From positions 1 to 45,461 of IMG/VR virus record IMGVR_UViG_3300002307_000084: DNA of 45,461 bases. One strand, given 5' to 3'. Within the stretch, counting starts at the first letter, position 1. The number at the start of each line of letters is the position of its first letter. Source of the stretch: a virus (taxonomy: Duplodnaviria; Caudoviricetes). Positions 25,708 to 35,279 of the stretch are shown piece after piece. The notes beneath the pieces are model-generated. The model saw only the letters and a program-made list of their open reading frames with translations. It did no database searches and was not told the DNA's origin. The position numbers and the translations under genes were made by a program.

Positions 25708-27559
25708 GCGTACTTCCTTTCTCCTGCATCTTCAGCGCGGCTTTGCGCAGAGCCGACACAGCACGGGCCAGTTTCGCCTCACGCGCCTTCTGGTTCTTCT
25801 GTGGATCAGGCTGCGCTGGTGCGCCGCCTTCCGGCTGAGGTGCGTTCGGGTCCGGTTCCGGTTCCAGCGTTCGATCCGGTTCGTATTCGGCCTCCGGGTA
25901 CATCGCGTCCAGCACGCTCTGGACATCCTCCACACCAAGTTCCTGCAGCAGTAGACCAACGCCGGTGCGTTCGTCGATGCCGATGACCTGGTTCCCGGCC
26001 AGCGTCATTGCGTTCACGATGCCCCCAATGCGCGCCGGGATGTCGTGCTCAAGGATCGACGGGAACTTGATATCGATCACGGCGTCCAGCGCCTTCTGCG
26101 GCGCTTTGTCGCCAGCGGCCTCGCGCAACCGGCCACCCGGCGCTGCGGCCGAATGCTGAATAGCGAACCGGCAAATCTTTTGCAGCACTTCGCGCCAGCG
26201 CTCCTGCTGTTCCAAGAACATCAGTTCGGTTGGCCGATCAAGACTCTGAGCCGTGGCCAGGCTTCCGGTGGAAGCGTCACCGAAAAAGGTTTCCGGCAGG
26301 CCGAATGCCGCGGCGACCATCAGCATCACGCGCCGGCCCTGCTCCGGCTCCGTCGTGGCGCCGCTGGTCTTGACCGGCGTGAGTTTGTTGCCGGGTCCAG
26401 ATATAAACGCTGAACCGGAAACTGGTGGCGGGTTGTTCTCGATGCTCTGCCCGTCCATACCCAATGTGGTGGCGAACGAGGCCTTCAGCGCTGCGATAGC
26501 CGGCGTGCCGCCCTGCGTTTCAACCGACCAGGCAAACCGCGCCAGCGCCCGGTTCAGGCTGGCCCAGTCTTCCAGAAAACTGCGATAGGCGCGCGCCCAG
26601 TCGAGCGCAGCGTAGACCGGAGGACAGCCGAAATGCCACTTCGGCAGGCCACCGGCCCGCATGTGAATCACGCGGATTGGATTGCCCCGTGCATCGACCA
26701 TCACCGGCTTCCGGTTGATCTCCTTCGGCACCGTGCCAGTATAATCAACATCCACGTACCACGCGTCCATCCCCTTTGGCTGTGTCAGTCCGGTTGCCGG
26801 GTCGAAGTTCTGCTGAATCCATCGCCGGTGATAGAACCAGCGACTGCCTGCGTCGTCGGGGTCCGTAATGATCTCGTCGATCTCGATGGCGTCGATGGTC
26901 CGCACCACGCAGCCCCCGGTGGCCCCTACGAACATGGCGAAGAACAGGTTTCCGTCCGTCTTCAGACACGAATCCTTTTCCGACAGCGCCACCTGTGAAA
27001 GTTCCTGTTGATTGCGCGGATCGCTGAGAAACGCCTTCAGCGTGTCGTTCACATCCTCATCCGGCGACGATACTTCAAAGCCGCGCCCCCAGACGTAATA
27101 AGCGCACACCAGAATGCCGCGCTGGATCAGCGGGTTTTTGATTCGGTAAAGCCGGGAAATCAAGATGATCTGCTGGATGCCGTAGCGGCTGAATTCCATC
27201 TGCGCCATCGCCAGTTGCCGCTTCCAACCGCGATCCTCCAGCGCCAGTTCAAGCTCTGCCGTGCCGTACAGCGTCTCCTTCAGCGACCGCACCGCGGGCG
27301 CGTCAGCTTCGTTCAGGTCGAGGTCGGCGCCGGTCATCTGGCGACCGTATCCGAAGCCACCGGCCAGCGCCACGGCCTCACGCAGATCGTCGGAGTACCG
27401 GCGCACGCGCTCCAGTCCGGTATCGTTGCGCATTCGCAGCGCCTGCACCTCCAGACTCAGCCGGTCGATGGAACCATCAGCGGATCGCAGCAGATTGCGG
27501 AAAGCAGGCACGAACCGGGCGCAGAGCCTGAGCAGGAGTTTCTGGAGTGACGCGGCCAT
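25691..27559 (-). CDS. Portal protein
   Basis: 622 aa; NPLIQRG, DGNLF, EIITDPDD, FGLPETFFGDASTGSLATAQSLDRPT; position in head module. Confidence 0.88.
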   Translation of the reverse strand: MAASLQKLLLRLCARFVPAFRNLLRSADGSIDRLSLEVQALRMRNDTGLERVRRYSDDLREAVALAGGFGYGRQMTGADLDLNEADAPAVRSLKETLYGTAELELALEDRGWKRQLAMAQMEFSRYGIQQIILISRLYRIKNPLIQRGILVCAYYVWGRGFEVSSPDEDVNDTLKAFLSDPRNQQELSQVALSEKDSCLKTDGNLFFAMFVGATGGCVVRTIDAIEIDEIITDPDDAGSRWFYHRRWIQQNFDPATGLTQPKGMDAWYVDVDYTGTVPKEINRKPVMVDARGNPIRVIHMRAGGLPKWHFGCPPVYAALDWARAYRSFLEDWASLNRALARFAWSVETQGGTPAIAALKASFATTLGMDGQSIENNPPPVSGSAFISGPGNKLTPVKTSGATTEPEQGRRVMLMVAAAFGLPETFFGDASTGSLATAQSLDRPTELMFLEQQERWREVLQKICRFAIQHSAAAPGGRLREAAGDKAPQKALDAVIDIKFPSILEHDIPARIGGIVNAMTLAGNQVIGIDERTGVGLLLQELGVEDVQSVLDAMYPEAEYEPDRTLEPEPDPNAPQPEGGAPAQPDPQKNQKAREAKLARAVSALRKAALKMQEKGSTHGRHI

Positions 27560-27581
27560 TATGGCCCGATAGTATCACGGT

Positions 27582-27632
27582 AAAACGAGAAACCCGGTCA
27601 CCGCTGGTTTCAGGCCTGGCGGTAACCGGGTT
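27582..27632 (-). terminator. Rho-independent terminator closing the glycosylation island
   Basis: Stem AACCCGGTTACCGC..GCGGTGACCGGGTT followed by TCTCGTTTT. Confidence 0.7.
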
Positions 27633-27676
27633 GCTTCCGGTCGCGTCGTGTGTTCACAAACGACAGGATAACACGC

Positions 27677-27898
27677 TCAGCGCTTGCCGTGCTTTCGCTC
27701 TGGTTCTTTCAGGCTGATCTGGCCGGCAGGAATCTCTGGACCCTGCACCGCCCAGCACCACTCCAACGTCGAGGCACAGTAAAACGGTGCGCCAACGACA
27801 TGACCACCATTTTTTCGGATATGGTCGGCAACCTTCGTTTGCAGCGCCGCAAGACCGCCGCCACTGCCATCGTAAGCCCTCAGAATCTCAGGTATCAT
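27677..27898 (-). CDS. Hypothetical protein
   Basis: ORF at the end of the island with AAGGG SD-like sequence. Confidence 0.55.
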   Translation of the reverse strand: MIPEILRAYDGSGGGLAALQTKVADHIRKNGGHVVGAPFYCASTLEWCWAVQGPEIPAGQISLKEPERKHGKR

Positions 27899-27905
27899 GC
27901 AACCC

Positions 27906-28691
27906 TTACCTCATCTCGAATTCCATCGGCCCGGCGTGCAGCAGCCGCATGTCGGCCGGCACCTCCGGTATATCACCCTGAACGATGTGCCGGTAGTTGT
28001 CTTCGCTGGGGTTGTTCGGGTCCGTCGTGGTGTACCATGCGTACTTTTTCAGCCGCACGCCCACGTCGTTGTACCCCAGATGCCAGATCGGCGCCGACTG
28101 AATCACTGTGTCCGAGCAGTGCAACAGCTCCTGGGGAATACTGCTGCAGTGGAAGTTACCGCCCCACGGCGTGCGCTGGAAACGGAACGCGCTATTGAAC
28201 AGCCGAAACACGCTGGGCCGCGCGAAGTGTCGATACACGCCATCCACGCGCACGCGGCGCTGGCCGGGCTTCTCGATGTCGCACAGCCGGGAATCCCAGA
28301 GATACAGAATCGGCAACTTGTAGGCGTGCGCTTGGCCATTGTCGAGAGCATCCAGAAGCGGCGGGATGCCGCCGGCGTCGAGCACCTCATCGCCGTCGAT
28401 GGCCAGCGCCCAGAACGGAGACTTCGGGTTGCCGCGCAGATGGATATCGGATACGCAACCCATCACGCGGTCCAACAGAAACTCTTTGTCGCGCGCCTCG
28501 TCCAGACCTTTGAATGGACTCCGCAGGACGGTCACGCGCTGGCCCATGCGTTCGCAAATTTCATCTGTCCCGTCCGTAGAGTGATCGTCAAGGATGAATA
28601 CCCGTTCGCAGACCGGCAGGATCGATTCCACGACCTGTTGAATCCATGCTCCTTCATTCTTGATGCGCATCAAGCCGAATATCGTTGACAT
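27906..28691 (-). CDS. Glycosyltransferase family 2
   Basis: GLMRIKNE, ILDDHSTDGT, AIDGDE (DxD), IWHLGY. Confidence 0.88.
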   Translation of the reverse strand: MSTIFGLMRIKNEGAWIQQVVESILPVCERVFILDDHSTDGTDEICERMGQRVTVLRSPFKGLDEARDKEFLLDRVMGCVSDIHLRGNPKSPFWALAIDGDEVLDAGGIPPLLDALDNGQAHAYKLPILYLWDSRLCDIEKPGQRRVRVDGVYRHFARPSVFRLFNSAFRFQRTPWGGNFHCSSIPQELLHCSDTVIQSAPIWHLGYNDVGVRLKKYAWYTTTDPNNPSEDNYRHIVQGDIPEVPADMRLLHAGPMEFEMR

Positions 28692-29245
28692 TATGGCCAT
28701 AAACCTCTTTTCCCGTGAATTACCAGGTACATATCACCATTGCCGTCAATCCACTGTTGCCCGAATAAGGTGACGATCCGAAACCCGGCACCTTCGACTA
28801 AACCACAGAGGGAAGCATGCGTAAAATCTTTCCTGTGCCAAGGATTCCTTCCAACTGTAGGACGGATCGGAGACGAAATTATAACGTCAGAAATTGTTCC
28901 AGGAAGCCGTGCGAGAACTAAACACGGGTTATCCAGGTGTTCCAACGTCTCGAACGAGACGAAGGCCTCGAAGCCTTCAAAGGTTTCCGTCTCAATGTCT
29001 TTAGTTTCGAATCTACATGCCGGATAATTCGCAACGGCGATGTCGATTGCATTCGGGTCTTTGTCGATGCCGAACACCATGGCGCCAGCCCGCTGCATGA
29101 TGCCGGAACCGTATCCCATACCGCAGGCGCAATCGATAACACATTTACCTCCTAGCACAGAGCCCGCAAACAAATAGCGGTCTTCATGAAACTTCTTTTC
29201 TGGATGGCTCGAATCCATATTTGCGATATTCATCCATTCTGCCAT
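28691..29245 (-). CDS. Class I SAM-dependent methyltransferase
   Basis: RYLFA, VIDCACGMGYGS, SFETLEHL. Confidence 0.88.
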   Translation of the reverse strand: MAEWMNIANMDSSHPEKKFHEDRYLFAGSVLGGKCVIDCACGMGYGSGIMQRAGAMVFGIDKDPNAIDIAVANYPACRFETKDIETETFEGFEAFVSFETLEHLDNPCLVLARLPGTISDVIISSPIRPTVGRNPWHRKDFTHASLCGLVEGAGFRIVTLFGQQWIDGNGDMYLVIHGKRGLWP

Positions 29246-30117
29246 CAGATCACCCGGCCCCTGTAGAAGTACCGAAATCGTGGAACGCGCACAAAATCGT
29301 AGTTAGCACCGTTTATAACCGTCTCTTCCGGGCTCAGGTTCAGATCCTTGGTCTGCGGCTGGCGCTTCCACCACTCTTCCATGTACAGCGCGTTCGGCGG
29401 CCAGTCTTCCCACCTGAGAACGTTGTGGGAATGGTAGTTGAGCGTTTGGCCGCCGAAATACCGACACCACTTATCCACGAAATTCACCACGCCCGCGTTG
29501 ATTCGTTCCAGCTGCTTCGGGTCGTTGGTTGCGGTTGCTTCGTGATGAACAGCCACAGCCGGAAGCGCGGCGCACTTTCTGCCGGACATCCGCACGCGGA
29601 GCGCGTAATCGCATTCCTCCTGGTGACCTAAACTGGCGTCGAAATTTCCAATCTTCAGTGCCACCTGACGGTCCAACATCCACGCGAAGCCAGGCCCCCA
29701 CATGACTTCGTTATACCCGCCTCGGTCGATCGGATTAACGCCATCATTAGGAAACAACATCCCGATTTCCGGGTATTGCTCAATGTGATCCAGCATCAAA
29801 TCGTCCCATCCGTCCGTCAGTACGTTTGCGTCGTTGTCGAAGTATGCGACGTACCGCGTCCACGCTGCGGACAGCAACTGATTCACGGCGCCAGCGTATC
29901 CTACGTTGGGACGCAACCATACCGGAATGAACCTCGGATCAGCCGCTGAAAGCTCAGCTATGATACGGGACGCGGCAGCGTCCTCTTCGTCGTCGCTGTG
30001 ATTGTGGATTACAAAACAGCGCCACTCTGTGCGCGAACGCCGTATTATGCAATCCAAAGTACGCCGCAACTTCTCCGGGTTGCGGTAGCTGGCGACTCCG
30101 ATATCCAGTTTCCTCAT
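29245..30117 (-). CDS. Glycosyltransferase family 2 (rhamnosyltransferase-like)
   Basis: NVGYAGAVNQ, YFDND, FDASLGHQEECDYALR, VHHE. Confidence 0.88.
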   Translation of the reverse strand: MRKLDIGVASYRNPEKLRRTLDCIIRRSRTEWRCFVIHNHSDDEEDAAASRIIAELSAADPRFIPVWLRPNVGYAGAVNQLLSAAWTRYVAYFDNDANVLTDGWDDLMLDHIEQYPEIGMLFPNDGVNPIDRGGYNEVMWGPGFAWMLDRQVALKIGNFDASLGHQEECDYALRVRMSGRKCAALPAVAVHHEATATNDPKQLERINAGVVNFVDKWCRYFGGQTLNYHSHNVLRWEDWPPNALYMEEWWKRQPQTKDLNLSPEETVINGANYDFVRVPRFRYFYRGRVI

Positions 30118-30836
30118 GAATGCAGTCCGTTTCCTTCACAGCATCGGCATAACTGCCGGGTGAAATGTTCAGTTAGATCGAAATGCCCTGGCCCCCGCAT
30201 TGGGATATCCCATTTGAGGGTTAGTAGCATCCGGTTTATATCGCCCTCGGGGTCGATACTGTGACGAGTGGCTATGTAAGTCGTTCCGAACTTATGCTCG
30301 ATAGTGACGCCCCCGAAGTACCCAACCTTCAAACCGGCGTGCGCCATGCGGATGCAGTAATCTACATCGTCATAGCCGTACCCGACAAAGCGCTCGTCAA
30401 ACCTTCCGATGACCCGAAAAACGTGGGCCGGGATCACACTGCCAGCCAGCGGTAGAGACGTGGAACTCTCAAAAATTGAGTCTGCCGGGTGCGTTCCCTC
30501 ATGGATGTAATTCAGCATCCCGAAATCGGAGGGCCATCCTTTTAGAAGGCCAGCGGTTTTGCTCAGCCACAACGGACTGGTTATTTTTACATCGTCTCCC
30601 ATCACCACACAGTCACCTTCGGGGCCTTCCGCCAGCATGCGATTCAAAGCCTGCATATGAATAAACGGAGCGCGCGGAACGCTGATGACTTGCACTGGGA
30701 ACATATCGGCCAGACGAACCGAAAGCCCGTTGTCTCCGACTATCACATTTACTGTTGAACCAGGCTCTGAGTTTTCCATCGCCTGCAGGCAAGAAACAAT
30801 CAGAGAATCGGTTCTGGTTGGAACAATAACCCTCAT
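30114..30836 (-). CDS. Glycosyltransferase family 2
   Basis: VIVP, VGDNG, MGDD, FDERFVGYGYDDVDYCIR. Confidence 0.88.
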   Translation of the reverse strand: MRVIVPTRTDSLIVSCLQAMENSEPGSTVNVIVGDNGLSVRLADMFPVQVISVPRAPFIHMQALNRMLAEGPEGDCVVMGDDVKITSPLWLSKTAGLLKGWPSDFGMLNYIHEGTHPADSIFESSTSLPLAGSVIPAHVFRVIGRFDERFVGYGYDDVDYCIRMAHAGLKVGYFGGVTIEHKFGTTYIATRHSIDPEGDINRMLLTLKWDIPMRGPGHFDLTEHFTRQLCRCCEGNGLHS

Positions 30837-31231
30837 TTTTCGATCCGGCCTTTCGGGTGCTGCCAGTTCTCGACGGGGTGCTCGTCCTGATCCTCACCAG
30901 ACCATGCCGGGCTGGGCATGTTGATTACCAGCGCCTCTTGGTCATCGAAATTGTACAGCGCAGCCGCCACGCCAGGAGGAATTACCATCATCTCACCGGG
31001 CGTCATTTCTGTCAGTACGTGGCCCTCGCAGACGGCAACAGTTACGCGCCCCTGAATACACACAAAGCAACCGCGCCGCCGCATGTGCAGATGTGGCCCC
31101 TTCCGTGAAAACGGAGCCACCGCCGTAACGTACACCTGATCGGGCCGCAACTCAGGCCGCTGGTTCACGTTCCAGAGCGGGATCAGCCAGCCGTTCGGCC
31201 GGCCTTTGTCGTCTTTCGTTTCGATCCTCAT
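30833..31231 (-). CDS. Cupin NDP-sugar epimerase/ketoisomerase (RmlC/FdtA-like)
   Basis: QVYVT...KGPHLH..R.G.FVCIQG, IPPGVA. Confidence 0.8.
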   Translation of the reverse strand: MRIETKDDKGRPNGWLIPLWNVNQRPELRPDQVYVTAVAPFSRKGPHLHMRRRGCFVCIQGRVTVAVCEGHVLTEMTPGEMMVIPPGVAAALYNFDDQEALVINMPSPAWSGEDQDEHPVENWQHPKGRIEK

Positions 31232-32820
31232 AGCGCCTTCCTGTACCAGTTTGACGACTCCTGAACGAAGCCGAGAGAAAACAGAAATGGATCCCAGTCG
31301 CGCTCAAACCGGTCATTGCGCGCCAGACGCATCGGCATGGCGCCGTCCGGCCCGCTGCCGCATGCAAATGCGTTCTGGGCAAAGAACAGGCCGTGCGGCC
31401 TCAGCGCCCGGTGGATGGCCCGTACCCATGCCTCCACGTCTGTCACGTGCTCCAGAAAATCGAACGAGCAGACCGCTGCGTATTCGTTGACTGGGAAATC
31501 CGGCTCCCATCCGACCGTGTGGTGAGTCTCTCCGTGCTCTCCGTACATCGCCAAGCGCATCTGCGCGAACGCCGATGTCCTGCTGCCGTCCAGATCGTGA
31601 TAGACCGCGTCGAATCCGGCCCGGCGAAGCGTCAGCGTCAGATCGCCAATGCCATCGCCCAGGCAGAGCACCCGGCTACCCGAATGGAAGGTCTGTAGCC
31701 TCTGTGCCACGCCTTTGCACATGCCGGCGTAGTTGAACCCAGGATCGGCGTGATAGGCCGACAGTTCCCAGCAGTACGCTTCCGTGGTGCGGTACCACTC
31801 CAGCAATTCCGCATCGTCCCGCGGGTTGGCCGCGCGGAAATCTTCCGATACGGCGTTGTGCAGTACGCCGAAGCCCAGCGCCAGCCGGGCAGCGCATTTG
31901 GCTTCCGTCCTGCCGGTGAACAGTGCCAGTTCGCGGGCTCGTTGCGCCACCGTCAGATTCTCGCGTTGCTGCAGTTGCATTTTGCAGAAGTCTATCCCTT
32001 CTTCGATGTCGTGATCTGCACTTTCAATTGCATCCTGAAAGCCAGCATACGTGGTGTCAAACGGCCGGGGCGCGCCTCCAAAATCGGCTTGCCTCGCTTC
32101 AATCAGCGTTCCGTTGTCCACCCGCGCGCCGGCCAGCCGGGCCAGATAGAACCGCGATACAGGTTTCGGGATGCCGATGTTGACCGCGCCCATCAGCGGG
32201 TGTCCCAGCGCGATCTCCCAAAGCCGCCGCGCCACCGTGCGCGCAAACGAGCAGGAGAACCAGCGATCCGAGGCCTGGCGCTGTATTCCACCGGCCAGCA
32301 TCTGCTCCAGCGGGTTCTGGCGACCGACGGCCGGCATCGGGCGAACGCCCAGCACGAAAGAAGGCCGCACAATCGACCAACGCCCGCCCACGGCGACCAC
32401 AGCGCTCTCAGCCGCGCTCTTCTGCTTCCCGTACTCATTGACCGGAGCATGCGGGGAGAATGGCGTGTATGGGCCGTCCTTACCGCTGTAGACCGCTTGG
32501 GTACTCACCTGAATCATGTGGGCACCGTGCTCCCGGCACAGCGCTGCCATCGCCCCCGGAATGATCGCGTTCAGAGTGACGATCTCCGCATACTTGTTGG
32601 CCTCCACCACGTCTGGCCGGTTCTCGCCTGCCAGATTGATTACGACATCCGGTTCGAATACGGCAAAAAACGCTTCTACCGCGCTGGCGTCCAAAAGGTC
32701 CAGCCCGACGTGCAGCGCGTCTTCTTCGCGACGGGTCCAGACTGGTTCGACGCCTTCCGGCACGCACAGCCGCATGTGCTGCCCGATGATTCCTGATGCT
32801 CCAATGATTGCGATTTTCAT
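31228..32820 (-). CDS. RmlD-like NDP-sugar reductase fused to a SAM-dependent methyltransferase
   Basis: IIGASGIIG, QVSTQAVYSG, YGKQK (SDR); C-terminal VLCLGDGIG, FDFLEHV. Confidence 0.85.
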   Translation of the reverse strand: MKIAIIGASGIIGQHMRLCVPEGVEPVWTRREEDALHVGLDLLDASAVEAFFAVFEPDVVINLAGENRPDVVEANKYAEIVTLNAIIPGAMAALCREHGAHMIQVSTQAVYSGKDGPYTPFSPHAPVNEYGKQKSAAESAVVAVGGRWSIVRPSFVLGVRPMPAVGRQNPLEQMLAGGIQRQASDRWFSCSFARTVARRLWEIALGHPLMGAVNIGIPKPVSRFYLARLAGARVDNGTLIEARQADFGGAPRPFDTTYAGFQDAIESADHDIEEGIDFCKMQLQQRENLTVAQRARELALFTGRTEAKCAARLALGFGVLHNAVSEDFRAANPRDDAELLEWYRTTEAYCWELSAYHADPGFNYAGMCKGVAQRLQTFHSGSRVLCLGDGIGDLTLTLRRAGFDAVYHDLDGSRTSAFAQMRLAMYGEHGETHHTVGWEPDFPVNEYAAVCSFDFLEHVTDVEAWVRAIHRALRPHGLFFAQNAFACGSGPDGAMPMRLARNDRFERDWDPFLFSLGFVQESSNWYRKAL

Positions 32821-32832
32821 GTGATGGCACCT

Positions 32833-32854
32833 ATCCTAACATGCGCATGTGCGC
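32833..32854 (-). promoter_or_regulatory. Internal island promoter: operator variant (32843-32854) with TGnTAGGAT
   Basis: GCGCATGTGCGC in the only intergenic gap upstream of the RmlD-like gene. Confidence 0.65.
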
Positions 32855-33603
32855 TAAAACAGTTCCGGCCGCCGGGATTCTTCTTTGGTCCTGCCCCAGT
32901 TGTCAACACCCCACTTCTCGATGAACCGCCGAAGGTTCGGACGGAAGTCGCCCGGCGCGCTGTTGGCTTCCGCTGGCGCCCGGTAACTGCTGGTCAGCGT
33001 GCCGTGGTCTACGAAGCAGCCGTCGAATATGCCGATCTTCCCGCCCTGCTTGCGCACACGCAGGCAATAGTCGTCATCGTCCAGTCCGTAATCGACAAAG
33101 CGCTCGTCCAGATCGCCAACAGCCAGAAGCGTGCGCCGTGGAATCAGCACACAGACGAAACAGACCATACGTGGTTCGTCGCGCAAACCGGGCATAGGCG
33201 GAGATTTTTGCCACTGGTTAGTATTGCCGACCGTCGAACATGAAGACGCAATTATGCCGTAGGCCGGGTCGAAGCTGCGCCGATGCAGCGCCGTGAACCC
33301 CCGCGGCGTTTCCAGCAGCGTGTCATCGTTCAGGAGAATGACGTCATCGTCGCCCGCGCAGCGGATGCCGATGTTCATGTTCCGCGCGAAGCAGAACGGC
33401 TTCACTCCGTGAACGAATTCCACGCGCCCATACTGCAGGGCTTCGCAGGCCGCTACCTCGTCAGTGGTGGTGCGGAAATCAGCGATGACGATGATCCTGC
33501 ACCTCTCGCCGGCCGCGCGGATCGCTTTGACGCAGGGGATCAGGTTGCCGGGATTCCGGCTGGGGATGATGACGCTGAATTCTTTCACTTTTAATTCTTT
33601 CAC
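32854..33603 (-). CDS. Glycosyltransferase family 2
   Basis: FSVIIPS, FARNMNIG, ILLNDDT, LDERFVDYGLDDDDYCLR. Confidence 0.88.
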   Translation of the reverse strand: MKELKVKEFSVIIPSRNPGNLIPCVKAIRAAGERCRIIVIADFRTTTDEVAACEALQYGRVEFVHGVKPFCFARNMNIGIRCAGDDDVILLNDDTLLETPRGFTALHRRSFDPAYGIIASSCSTVGNTNQWQKSPPMPGLRDEPRMVCFVCVLIPRRTLLAVGDLDERFVDYGLDDDDYCLRVRKQGGKIGIFDGCFVDHGTLTSSYRAPAEANSAPGDFRPNLRRFIEKWGVDNWGRTKEESRRPELF

Positions 33604-34142
33604 TTTACGGCCTCCAGTACCGCCGTGATCTTCCACACGATGTCGAAGGCGTCGGTATACCGCCGTTCCTCCAGCGACACGATGCGAAACGACGCCGTGA
33701 TGCCGTAGGCTTTCGCCAGGCGCTGGTGCGCGAACGTCTCGGCAGTGAAGTACTGGAAGCTGTTCCTGGTCCACGGTGAAACGTGCGTCGGGTCCTGATA
33801 GAAACCGGCTCCCTTCGCGGCGTCCGGGGTTTCGATGGTGGCCCGGCCACCGGGCAGCAAAACCCGGTGGAGCTCGTTCATGAAGTGGATGCGGCCCAGC
33901 GGGTGACGCATCAACTTTTCATCGCCGGAGCCATGTACAGCGCAAATAGCACATGACCATCGGCTGTTATGACTGCACTGGCCGATATGCTCGATCACAT
34001 CCAGCGCATTAACTTCTTCGACGCTGGAGTCCGGCCACGGCCACGGCCCTTCCAGATCGACGATCTGGTCAGCCGGTTCGCACAGATCGACATTCACGAA
34101 TCCCGGCACGTGCCGGTCGCAACAGCCTAAGTTCAGTTTCAT
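33600..34142 (-). CDS. Class I SAM-dependent methyltransferase
   Basis: KLNLGC, GFVNVD, WPWPDSSV, ELHRVLLPGG, DPTH. Confidence 0.88.
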   Translation of the reverse strand: MKLNLGCCDRHVPGFVNVDLCEPADQIVDLEGPWPWPDSSVEEVNALDVIEHIGQCSHNSRWSCAICAVHGSGDEKLMRHPLGRIHFMNELHRVLLPGGRATIETPDAAKGAGFYQDPTHVSPWTRNSFQYFTAETFAHQRLAKAYGITASFRIVSLEERRYTDAFDIVWKITAVLEAVK

Positions 34143-34489
34143 AATTCTTCTCCTGTTTCAGACATGAATCCCGCATTGTATGCCAACACCACAGCGTCTC
34201 GATGGAGACCGTGGAACATCCAGAACTTCTTCCCCAGCACATGGTGCGCGCCTGGCCCTGTCCGGTGGTGCGCAGCGCACAGCGGCACAGCTTCCCGGTC
34301 TGCGCACTTCTGGCCCAGCCCGCGGTCGCCGACGTGCGCCGCCTCAATCGCTCCGTTGCAGTGAGCCGACGCCAGCATGCAGCGCTGCTGCCGCAGCCAG
34401 TCCAGATAGCGCGGGTTCAGGTCGCGCCGAACCCTCGGCGGCCGCCGCTTGATGGCCGTGCGTTTTATCGGCTCCCGCTGGCGGATCAC
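34139..34489 (-). CDS. DUF968-like / HNH-related Zn-binding protein
   Basis: YLDWLRQQRC..AAHV..GLGQK..D..AVPLCAAHH. Confidence 0.7.
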   Translation of the reverse strand: MIRQREPIKRTAIKRRPPRVRRDLNPRYLDWLRQQRCMLASAHCNGAIEAAHVGDRGLGQKCADREAVPLCAAHHRTGPGAHHVLGKKFWMFHGLHRDAVVLAYNAGFMSETGEEL

Positions 34490-35253
34490 AGCGCCATCCT
34501 TTCCCTGCAATAGTCATCCCACTGCGGCATGCGGGTCCACTCCTGAGCCATCCGCATGAAATCGGGGTTGTATGCCGGACTGGTGTTGCCCGCGTGAATT
34601 CTGGCGATCATGCGCGGTGCGTTAATCTCATGACGCATCTGCTTGCTTCCGTCTTTCCACCACGTGCATTGTGCGGCATCCTTGCCGCCCGGCAGTGCCG
34701 ATATCGCATACACCCGCAGGCCGGCGCACCATTGGCTATCCTCGCCGACGTTGACGTCAGGAAACGGCTTTTGCTCCCATGTGCACCGCCAGTAGCAGAG
34801 CGACGTCCCCAGCGCATAGTTCCGATTCGGGCTGGTGTACAGCCACGCTTCATGCTCTTCCTGCCGCCAGAACAGCATCTGGTTATAGCCCACAGCCTCG
34901 GCGCCAGTCGATTCCAGCAGCGCCACCTGTTCCGCGATCCGGTCCGGGTGGCTCCAGTCGTCGTCATCCCAGTGAATAACGATATCAGCCAGAACGTTTG
35001 GAAGGAATCCTTGGCACAGATTACGCAGCGCCCCGATAGATTTGCGATTTCCGCCGGGAGCAAAAATTATCTGCGTATCGTCCGATTCGATGATCGGCTT
35101 CAGATCAGTTGGCCGCCACGGCATACAACCGCTATCGACGAGCACCAGTAGCCGCTTTGCCTGATACGTCTGCGCCCGGAAGCATTCGACCGACCGCCGC
35201 GCCATCGCCGGCCGGTCCTTCGTCAGCATCACAGCGCAAACTGTTTTGTCCAT
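34486..35253 (-). CDS. Glycosyltransferase family 2
   Basis: CAVMLTKDR, FRAQTY, IGALRN, HWDDDDW..PDRI..QV, GED. Confidence 0.88.
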   Translation of the reverse strand: MDKTVCAVMLTKDRPAMARRSVECFRAQTYQAKRLLVLVDSGCMPWRPTDLKPIIESDDTQIIFAPGGNRKSIGALRNLCQGFLPNVLADIVIHWDDDDWSHPDRIAEQVALLESTGAEAVGYNQMLFWRQEEHEAWLYTSPNRNYALGTSLCYWRCTWEQKPFPDVNVGEDSQWCAGLRVYAISALPGGKDAAQCTWWKDGSKQMRHEINAPRMIARIHAGNTSPAYNPDFMRMAQEWTRMPQWDDYCRERMAL

Positions 35254-35260
35254 GCCTGTC

Positions 35261-35278
35261 AGTATAGCGCACGTGCGC
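35261..35278 (-). promoter_or_regulatory. Operator GCGCACGTGCGC (35267-35278) abutting -10 TATACT, 7 nt before the first island ATG
   Basis: Fills the TerL-GT gap; no SD. Confidence 0.75.
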
Positions 35279-35279
35279 A

